Source: Giardia intestinalis
Taxonomy: Eukaryota
DNA length: 64,000 nucleotides
Reading direction: 5' to 3' (one strand)
NCBI GenBank assembly: GCA_000002435.2
Contig: CM018793.1
The notes below the pieces were generated by a model, which did not search any database, had not been told where the DNA came from, and saw only the letters and a program-made list of their open reading frames with translations. Made by a program: the position numbers and the translations under genes. This document shows positions 7,160 to 14,161 of the stretch, in pieces. Each line of letters begins with the position of its first letter. The first letter of the stretch is position 1.

Positions 7160-10100
7160 ATGGCAACCACTAGGGAACTCCTGACCATGCATCCCCAGCA
7201 GATGTCCGAGGACCAGCTCGCCCAGCTCAAGACGTCGCTCGAGACGCTCAACTACACCCAGCTCCGACAATACGTGCTCGGCCGCGTCAAGCCCCTCATC
7301 GAGAACGTCCGCAAGCACATCCAGGAGGACCCCGTCGGCTCGGTAGATCAAGTCCTCGACTTCCAGGACGGCTTCTGGTCCAAGGACCTGATCCAGCGCG
7401 TCCGCTGGAACCTCGCCCAGTTCAGGGTAAACGAGAAGAACCCCCGCAGAGTGCCGACCAGCAGAGCGAAGGAGGCGCTGGAGCTGAACTACATGACCGA
7501 CTACTCCTTCCGGCGCATCGTCTACCCGATCGTCGCAGACCTCGCCAAGGCTCTTTATCTCCGCGCAGAGGAAGCTAACCGCCGCAACACCGACGCTTCG
7601 GTGCGCTATGTCCCGCTTCTTGTCATGTTCAACCAGCAGAACACGTTCGGCTATCCGCCCCGCGTCGCCTTCCTCGTGACGCCTGCCGTCATCACGTTCC
7701 TCCGCGGATGGAAGGTCTTCGCCGACGGAGACGACGCCCACCAGCACTACCTCAACGCGGTCACGAGGGACGCGGCGCAGATCCACGGCGTCCAGTCCGC
7801 AGAGCCTGGCGAGATGCTCTACTGCTTCAACTGGGACCCCATTTTCGCCGGCACAGAGAGCGACCCCGAGAACCCCCGCAACGCCATGTTCTCCTTCGGG
7901 ACGATGTACGAGCCCGTCTTCATCTTCCAGATCCAGATCATCCGCACCAGAGAGGGCCAGCGGAAGCTCATCCACCGCAGGGGAGGTATGGCGCCCTTCA
8001 CGAACGACTCGTTCTTCGACCTCACGCGCTACCAGATCGAGAAGACAGGCGAGGGCTTCAAGAACAGCAAGGACACGTGTTTCCTCTACGCCCTCAAGCA
8101 GAGCGGCGTGCTGAGCGACGACGAGATACGGGCCGCCGCCTTCCACATCAACCAGGCCTCTGTCACCTTCGCGATGATCGACGCCATCGGCAAGCAGCTC
8201 TTCGTCTGCTTCCACATGCACATGGCAGACAGGGTCGTCCTCAAGGGCGCGCAGAAGAACCGCAAGGTTCCGCCGGGCGTCGCGATCCGGAACATCCACC
8301 TGGGCTTCGACTTCAACCACTACTACATCTTCGACGAGAAGCTCCCCTACAGCAAGACGTACGTGAACAACGCAGCCGTCATGATGGAGCACCACACATA
8401 CCCCGCGAACACGAACCTGCGCGAGGTCAACGTCAGAGACACCTTCCACCCGCAGACCAGGGAGCCGACGAAGAAGGTCGTCTTCGGCTACCACCGCGAC
8501 GACGACCCCCATACATGCTCGAGTCGGGACCTCATCCTCTCGCTCCACAAGCAGGGCCTCCTCAAGCCCATCCGCTCCGACAGCCTGCTGGCCATCAAGG
8601 AGTCCTTCATCCGCGAAGAGCACTACGAGGAGGACGCGCTCAACTACTGCGAGGACCAGCTGAAGGAGATCACGCCGAAGAAGAAGACCCAGTCGCCCAA
8701 GGACGTCTGGTTCGCAGACTTCGAGACGACGACCGACGGGGACCAGCACCACCCGTTCCTCCTCTGCTTCCACGGGATCAACAACGTCACGGGGACGTAC
8801 TGGGCGAAGGACTACAACAGCATCGGGGACATGGTCCGAGCGGCCTTCAACCGCCTCGCGATGCTCAACCGGCCCCAGCTGGTGTACTTCCACAACCTCA
8901 ACTACGACGGGGCCTTCGTCCTCCCGTACTTCGACGTCAAGAAGGACAGCATCGTCACCCTCGGGGCGAGCAAGATCATCGCGTTCACGATCCATGTCCG
9001 GCTGAGCGACGACCGGAAGAACAAGCCGATCCCGATCCACTTCCGGGACTCCTACGCCCTGATCACGGCTCCCCTCAGCAAGTTCGGCAAGATGTTCAAC
9101 CTCAACGTGCACAAGGAGGTCCTCCCGTACTCGTTCTACACCCAGGACAACGTCAAGAAGCTGTGCCAGGGCTTCAAGCCGACGCTCGAGGAGTACCTCT
9201 CGTACGAGATCGAGAGCAGGAGGGAGGAGCTCGAGCAGCTGCTCCGTACGCTGCCGGAGATGCTGGTAATAGACAGGGTCGACGCCTTCAAGTACGCCCA
9301 CTACTACTGCGCAAGAGACTGCCACGTGCTCAAGGACGGGGTGATGGGCTTCAGACGCCAGCTCCTCGAGGTCACGGGCATCGACGCCTTCACATCCATG
9401 ACGCTCCCGAGCATTGCCTACAACTTCCTCATCAACGAGAAGTGCTTCGAGGGCTGCTTCAACCTCAACACGGCGCCGCTCCTCTTCGTACGCCAGTGCG
9501 TGACGGGCGGGCGCTGCATGCTCCGGTGCAACGAGAAGCAGTACGTCGAGGGCGAGGTCATGGACTTCGACGCCGTCTCGCTGTATCCGTCTGCCATGGC
9601 GCGCCTCCACACCCTCATGGGCCACCCGAAGATCGTCGACCCCGAGAAGCACGACCTCGGCTGGCTCCTCCGGCAGGACGGCTGCTTCCTCGAGATCGAC
9701 ATCGAGGTCGTCCCGAAGCAGCTCGACTTCCCCCTCATCAACAGGCAGACGGAGAAGGGGAGGCACTTCTCGAACGAGCCGGGCCCGATGTTCGCCGACA
9801 ACATCACGATCGAGGACATCATCGAGTACCACAAGGTCCCGATGAACCGGATCAGGGTCCTCCGGGGCTACTACTACGACGAGGGCAAGAACACGAACAT
9901 CCAGGCCGTCATCCGGAAGATCTTCGAAGCGCGGCTCAAGTTCAAGGCGGAGGGCAACCCGCTCGAGAGCATCTACAAGCTCATCATGAACAGCTGCTAC
10001 GGGAAGAGCATCCTCAAGCCCGTCTACAAGCGGATGAACACGGTCGACCACGCGGGCCTTGAGAGAGAGCTCCTCGACAACTCGGCCGATGTCCTCTGCT

Positions 10101-10756
10101 GGGAGCCGCTCTACGACGGCGGCCGCTTCCTCCTCAAGCAGAGCAAGCCCCTTCTGGAGGCGAACAGCTTCCCGACGTTCGGGGTCCAGGTGCTCTCGAT
10201 GAGCAAGCGCATCATGACGGAGGTGATGGCGACGGCCCAGGACCACGGGCTCCCGATCTACTACACAGACACGGACAGCATCCACATCGACAAGGCGTCC
10301 ATCGAGCCCCTCCGGAACTACTTCCACGCGCGCTTCCAGCGGGAGCTCATCGGGAAGAACCTCGGCCAGTTCCACTCAGACTTCCCCGACAGCCCCTCCG
10401 GGGAGATGTTCGTCAGCCGCTACTTCATCGGCGTCGGCAAGAAGGCATACCTCGACATCCTCCAGGACAGCCAGAACAACATGAGCTACCACGCGCGCCT
10501 CAAGGGCATCCCCGAGCAGGCGATCCTCAACGAGGCCCGGCAGCGCTGCTCCCACAACTTCCTCGGCGGGCTCTACAACCTCTACGCGGACCTCTACAAC
10601 GGCGTGCCCCAGACCTTCAACCTCATCTACGACGGCGCGGTGCGCTTCGTGCGAGACGCCAGCCTCGCCTACCGCTGCAGGGACGACTTCAAGCGGAGAG
10701 TCATCTTCGAGAGGGAGCCCGATGAGCCCCTGAACATATCAAAGCTGATGCAGTAA
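7160..10756 (+). CDS. family-B DNA polymerase of the protein-primed type (pPolB), 1198 aa, with a ~500-aa N-terminal extension
   Basis: Exo I is VWFADFETTTDG (aa ~517-527). Exo II is FHNLNYDGAF (aa ~577-586). Exo III is YYCARDCHVL (aa ~715-724). Motif A is DFDAVSLYPSAM (aa 802-813). Motif B is KLIMNSCYGKS (aa 940-950). Motif C is YYTDTDSIH (aa 1034-1042). A KKAY motif lies at aa ~1094-1097. The stop lies in AGTAAAT. Confidence 0.92.
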   Translation: MATTRELLTMHPQQMSEDQLAQLKTSLETLNYTQLRQYVLGRVKPLIENVRKHIQEDPVGSVDQVLDFQDGFWSKDLIQRVRWNLAQFRVNEKNPRRVPTSRAKEALELNYMTDYSFRRIVYPIVADLAKALYLRAEEANRRNTDASVRYVPLLVMFNQQNTFGYPPRVAFLVTPAVITFLRGWKVFADGDDAHQHYLNAVTRDAAQIHGVQSAEPGEMLYCFNWDPIFAGTESDPENPRNAMFSFGTMYEPVFIFQIQIIRTREGQRKLIHRRGGMAPFTNDSFFDLTRYQIEKTGEGFKNSKDTCFLYALKQSGVLSDDEIRAAAFHINQASVTFAMIDAIGKQLFVCFHMHMADRVVLKGAQKNRKVPPGVAIRNIHLGFDFNHYYIFDEKLPYSKTYVNNAAVMMEHHTYPANTNLREVNVRDTFHPQTREPTKKVVFGYHRDDDPHTCSSRDLILSLHKQGLLKPIRSDSLLAIKESFIREEHYEEDALNYCEDQLKEITPKKKTQSPKDVWFADFETTTDGDQHHPFLLCFHGINNVTGTYWAKDYNSIGDMVRAAFNRLAMLNRPQLVYFHNLNYDGAFVLPYFDVKKDSIVTLGASKIIAFTIHVRLSDDRKNKPIPIHFRDSYALITAPLSKFGKMFNLNVHKEVLPYSFYTQDNVKKLCQGFKPTLEEYLSYEIESRREELEQLLRTLPEMLVIDRVDAFKYAHYYCARDCHVLKDGVMGFRRQLLEVTGIDAFTSMTLPSIAYNFLINEKCFEGCFNLNTAPLLFVRQCVTGGRCMLRCNEKQYVEGEVMDFDAVSLYPSAMARLHTLMGHPKIVDPEKHDLGWLLRQDGCFLEIDIEVVPKQLDFPLINRQTEKGRHFSNEPGPMFADNITIEDIIEYHKVPMNRIRVLRGYYYDEGKNTNIQAVIRKIFEARLKFKAEGNPLESIYKLIMNSCYGKSILKPVYKRMNTVDHAGLERELLDNSADVLCWEPLYDGGRFLLKQSKPLLEANSFPTFGVQVLSMSKRIMTEVMATAQDHGLPIYYTDTDSIHIDKASIEPLRNYFHARFQRELIGKNLGQFHSDFPDSPSGEMFVSRYFIGVGKKAYLDILQDSQNNMSYHARLKGIPEQAILNEARQRCSHNFLGGLYNLYADLYNGVPQTFNLIYDGAVRFVRDASLAYRCRDDFKRRVIFEREPDEPLNISKLMQ

Positions 10757-10763
10757 ATTTACT
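10752..10763. terminator. perfect 12-bp stop/poly(A) palindrome AGTAAATTTACT
   Basis: Stops at 10754-10756 (+) and 10763-10765 (-). Confidence 0.6.
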
Positions 10764-11794
10764 TAGCGCTCCATAATCTCCTTGAACCTCCCAAAGGTTA
10801 GAGGCTCAGCATTGAAGAACTTCTTCTTCCTTGCCCACGCAGAGAGACGATCGAAGAAAGCCTCAGACGATATCTGCTTGTCCCCAATGGTAAAGCTGTA
10901 ACGACGATCATGATACTCATCAATATCGAACCAGGCGTCTGTGATCGCAAACTGACGCGTAACAGCAGCTGCCTTTATCAAACAGTACTGGCCACCGCTC
11001 CATATGGTTCCCACATGACCCGGCTCTATCGCGACAACTGGGTTGTAAATGCCCTTATGCTCGAGGAGGAACTCGTTCGTCTGCCTGATCGTGTCAAGCG
11101 CATCGACCTCGCACAGACGATGAGGATCATCCGAGGCCCTGTCCTTGATGTGGTCCTCACAGACAGCCGGGTCGATAGCGAAGCGCACATGGAAGGCCGG
11201 AAGGATGCCTGCGCGGAGCATGTAGTGGTCGATCAGGTAGTGGAGGTACTGGCCTTGCTCCTTCGTGATGTAGCCGTCACTCATCTTGAAGAGGATGAAC
11301 GCGCTAGTAGACGGCAGCCAGCGGTCGAAGATGATGAAGTCGTACTGCTGATACTCTTCGGCAAAACGGCAATGAAGAAGCTGCTTCCCCAGTGCATGGA
11401 CCACCTGCTCCTGGAACTGGAAAGCAAGCTCCCTGGGGTTCTTGTAGTACTCCTCGAGGGTGATGCCTCCGTTCTGTCCAAAGTGGTTGTCTGCCACGGC
11501 CTCCTCGATGATGGTAGCTTCGAAGCCTTGGTCGATCAGGTACTTCTTGAGATGCTTGCAGAAGGTGGACTTGCCTGCGCCGATGGGACCGTCAACAACG
11601 ATGATGCGAGGATCAATGACAACAGGCGGCACAACTCTCGAACTGAAATCGCTGAGCTTCCATACGAGGTTATCGTCCATGTTGATCCCGATGTCAACTG
11701 ACTCCAGAAAGTCTTCGACTGGCCAGTGTGATGATTTACTATCGATGAGGCCTGGCTCAGCTGGCTGGTTCTGGGGCTCGTAGTACTGGCTCAT
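10763..11794 (-). CDS. deoxynucleoside kinase family protein (dNK/dCK-like P-loop kinase) with N- and C-terminal extensions
   Basis: The start was trimmed to MSQYYEPQNQ, which follows ggaaaataaa. The P-loop is VVDGPIGAGKST. Other dNK-like motifs are IIEEAV, LEEYYKNPRELAFQFQ and IIFDRWLPSTSAF (ERS-like), plus the lid-like HIKDRASDD. Order and spacing resemble Drosophila dNK and dCK/dGK. Confidence 0.75.
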   Translation of the reverse strand: MSQYYEPQNQPAEPGLIDSKSSHWPVEDFLESVDIGINMDDNLVWKLSDFSSRVVPPVVIDPRIIVVDGPIGAGKSTFCKHLKKYLIDQGFEATIIEEAVADNHFGQNGGITLEEYYKNPRELAFQFQEQVVHALGKQLLHCRFAEEYQQYDFIIFDRWLPSTSAFILFKMSDGYITKEQGQYLHYLIDHYMLRAGILPAFHVRFAIDPAVCEDHIKDRASDDPHRLCEVDALDTIRQTNEFLLEHKGIYNPVVAIEPGHVGTIWSGGQYCLIKAAAVTRQFAITDAWFDIDEYHDRRYSFTIGDKQISSEAFFDRLSAWARKKKFFNAEPLTFGRFKEIMER

Positions 11795-11867
11795 TTTATT
11801 TTCCCAGTAGTGCACGTCTCAAGAGCCAAACCATTTTAAAGTGAATTCTCCCCACGGAAATAAAAGT
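11795..11867. promoter_or_regulatory. conserved bidirectional intergenic cassette (copy C2)
   Basis: The sequence is tttattttcc...GCCAAACCATTTTAAAGTGAATTCTCCCC..GGAAATAAAAGTATG. Confidence 0.5.
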
Positions 11868-12122
11868 ATGGCTGGCCACCTTCTCAACAGCAACGGGACC
11901 GCGAAGAACGAGAACAAGCTCTACACCCAGAAGCCGACGCCCTTCTACGACGCGGGCACGGTGCCGGTCCGTCTGTCCTCGGTACCCTTCGAGAGCCGCA
12001 ACGAGCCGATCCGCGTCCAGATCGACGAGCCGCCCAAGCAGCGCCCGCGAGCTGGTCTAGTGCGCACCCGCAAGAGGATGATCCCGAGGAACCGCTGGAA
12101 GAGGAACGGGAACAAGCAGTAA
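11868..12122 (+). CDS. small basic protein (84 aa), island-specific
   Basis: The start was trimmed to MAGHLL, which follows GGAAATAAAAGT. The C-terminus is basic (RAGLVRTRKRMIPRNRWKRNGNKQ). A paralog lies at 18366-18617. The stop lies in AGTAAAC. Confidence 0.55.
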   Translation: MAGHLLNSNGTAKNENKLYTQKPTPFYDAGTVPVRLSSVPFESRNEPIRVQIDEPPKQRPRAGLVRTRKRMIPRNRWKRNGNKQ

Positions 12123-12131
12123 ACGTTTACT
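12118..12131. terminator. perfect 14-bp stop/poly(A) palindrome AGTAAACGTTTACT
   Basis: Stops at 12120-12122 (+) and 12127-12129 (-). Confidence 0.6.
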
Positions 12132-12723
12132 TCGAGATCTCCTCGAGGAAGCGGTTGAAGGTGTTCGTCTCGGTGGAGGCGTTGAGGAAGCGCTGGATGC
12201 CGTCAGCCCACGCCTGGGCGCTCTCGTCGCTGATGCTGAGACAGGTGGCTGTGTACGTGCGCTTGTTCTTGGGAAGCCTCGAGAGCCTCACGAACTCGTC
12301 TCCGGTCTCCTCGTAGAGATAGAAGGCAGAGCGTGCTCCATCAGAAGCGCGTCTGCAGAAAGCGGTGTAGTGAGGGGCTTGCACGAACTCGTCCTCGGGT
12401 CGCTTGACGAAGCGGAAGACGACGCCCTGCTGGTTGAGCCACTTGCAGAACCAGGAGGTGACTCGCTGATAGTCCTCAGTACCCTCAGCGCACTCTGCGG
12501 TGACTCGACCGAGCAGTCTTCCGACCTGGCCGCAAAAGGACTTAAACGCGGGACTGGACGGGGCGGGAGGATTTGCCACTGGCAGAACGGGCTCGGCGTC
12601 GGCGGTCTGTCGCTGTCGGGTTCTAGAGGCAGACTTCCTATGAGTGGGCTCTCTGGAGGAAGGAATGACATCTTGAAGGAAGGGGTCCTCGGCGAAGTGC
12701 TCTGGTATGAATCCATCTGCCAT
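12127..12723 (-). CDS. hypothetical protein (198 aa), island-specific
   Basis: The protein begins MADGFIPEHF and the ATG follows aggaaaataaaataagc. A paralog lies at 18622-19230, with the C-terminal ~130 aa well conserved. Confidence 0.6.
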   Translation of the reverse strand: MADGFIPEHFAEDPFLQDVIPSSREPTHRKSASRTRQRQTADAEPVLPVANPPAPSSPAFKSFCGQVGRLLGRVTAECAEGTEDYQRVTSWFCKWLNQQGVVFRFVKRPEDEFVQAPHYTAFCRRASDGARSAFYLYEETGDEFVRLSRLPKNKRTYTATCLSISDESAQAWADGIQRFLNASTETNTFNRFLEEISK

Positions 12724-12754
12724 GCTTATTTTATTTTCCTGGGAGCCCTGTAAC

Positions 12755-12826
12755 CAGATCAGATCAGAATTGATTCCTGATCAATTCGGACGAAGCGACG
12801 ACTCCAGAAAAAAAAATAACGCTGAC
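12755..12826. repeat. partial copy of the 5' part of repeat module R (GATCA/GAATTGAT iteron-like array plus A9-TAACGCTGAC)
   Basis: Patchy match to 13702-13792 and 19809-19905. It includes the 8-bp inverted repeat GAATTGAT-tcctg-ATCAATTC. Confidence 0.6.
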
Positions 12827-12839
12827 GTGAATTCGATGT

Positions 12840-13679
12840 TTACTTTGCAAACAGCTTTACGATGTCTTCCTTGTCTCCGGCAATGGCCAACGCAAAAACC
12901 CTACCATTATTGATGTCCTTCTCCTTATCTGCCAACAAAGCAGCACAAGCAGCATGGCCATTTCTCACAGCCCACTCGAAAGCAGTACCACGGGCGTTAT
13001 TGCATAACCTGGCCTCCTTATCTAACAACAGCTTGACGATGTCTGCGTAACCACAGGATGCTGCTAGCATGAGAGCGGTCCAGCCGTCGTTATCCTTCAT
13101 GCCTGCCTCCTTCTCCGCTAATAGGTTAGCGCACTTAGTGTGACCCTTACACGCAGCCCACATGAGAGCAGTCCTACCATCTTTATTCTTCATGCCGGCC
13201 TCCTTCTCTAACAACAGCTTAACGCTGTATGCGGAATCCTTGGATGCTGCTATTATGAGAGCCGACCCGCAGCATCTCGCACATATACCGGCCTCCTTCT
13301 TCACTAGCAGGTCAACGCACTTAAAATTAAACTTACTCACAGCCCACATGAGGGCGGTCCTACCGATGACATCCTTCATACCAGCCTCCTTCTCTAACAG
13401 CAGCTTAACGCAGTCTGTATAGCCTTCGGATGCTGCTATCATGAGAGCCGTCAAGCCGTGTCCATCACTCATACCAGCCTCCTTCTCCACTAGCAGGTTA
13501 GCGCAGTTAGTATGACCCTCCCTCGCAGCCCACATGAGGGCAGTCCAGCTGTTGAAATCCCTCAGGCCAGCCTCCTTGTCTACTAGTTCCCTGACGACAT
13601 CGATGTTACCTTGCGCTGCTGCTTCTATGAGATCCCTAAAACCATATCCTGGCGACTTGTATTCTCGATAAGCCTTCAT
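12840..13679 (-). CDS. ankyrin-repeat protein (279 aa, ~8 repeats of the TALMWAA..GH..CV.LL..KEAG type)
   Basis: A regular ~33-aa ANK periodicity runs through the whole ORF. The start is ggaaaataaaatATG. The stop lies in AAGTAAAC. Confidence 0.88.
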   Translation of the reverse strand: MKAYREYKSPGYGFRDLIEAAAQGNIDVVRELVDKEAGLRDFNSWTALMWAAREGHTNCANLLVEKEAGMSDGHGLTALMIAASEGYTDCVKLLLEKEAGMKDVIGRTALMWAVSKFNFKCVDLLVKKEAGICARCCGSALIIAASKDSAYSVKLLLEKEAGMKNKDGRTALMWAACKGHTKCANLLAEKEAGMKDNDGWTALMLAASCGYADIVKLLLDKEARLCNNARGTAFEWAVRNGHAACAALLADKEKDINNGRVFALAIAGDKEDIVKLFAK

Positions 13680-13701
13680 ATTTTATTTTCCTCCCCGCCC
13701 T

Positions 13702-14161
13702 GAATCAATTAATCAGATCAGAATCAATTCGTCAGAATGGTTTGCACTTCCTGACTGCCGCCTCCCAGAAAAAAAAAATAACGCTGGCCTGCTTTCTGCT
13801 TTCGGGCTGTCTGTATGTCGCACTTCGGTGTCGTGCGGGCCCGGGGGCAGGGAGCAGACCAGGCTGGCCGGCAGCTGAACCGGGCGCGAACGCATCACAC
13901 ACATCCAAGGACAACGCGGTCTCCTCCCGGCGTGCACGGCACCACGCTGGGCGGTTCCGGGGGGAGGCCGCGATTTTTTTTGAAAATTTACAGGTTTTTT
14001 ATTCTGTTGAAAAGTAGGTAAACGAGCGCCAGCGTGTGGGAGCCTAGTGGGCGGACCGGCACACGCAGACGCACTTGTGGGGGACGCTTTCGTTTTTTTG
14101 GGCCCAGCCCCGTGCAGGCCCAAAAAAACGAAAGTGGGCACCACAAGGATATATACTACTG
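13702..14161. repeat. repeat module R, copy A (~460 bp)
   Basis: Colinear with 19809-20231. The order is a GAATCA array, A10-TAACGCT, a conserved core GTATGTCGCAC..GGTGTCGTGCGGGC, ~190 bp of GC-rich sequence, T8 and an AT-rich tract, an 18-bp-stem hairpin (14087-14134), then GGATATATACTACTG. Homology stops abruptly after this last motif. Confidence 0.85.

Noticed and set aside
7094-10375. A 1093-aa ORF antisense to the polymerase, plus a 784-aa alternative-frame ORF (7708-10062) and similar ORFs opposite the second copy (14156-15031, 15412-16239, 16243-16758, 17226-18320)
   Set aside because: The translations are low-complexity (E/V/L/D/R/G/P-rich), have no motifs and lack initiator/AGTRAAY signals. 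Such mirror ORFs are the expected by-product of strongly GC-ending codons on the true coding strand, which carries unmistakable polymerase and kinase motifs.
13713-14144. ORFs inside module R (13713-14144 -, 13815-14021 +, 19841-20029 -, 20024-20743 +)
   Set aside because: The reading frames are not conserved between R-A and R-B. Indels shift the frame, and the + ORF stops after 18 codons in copy B. Conservation is at the nucleotide and structure level.
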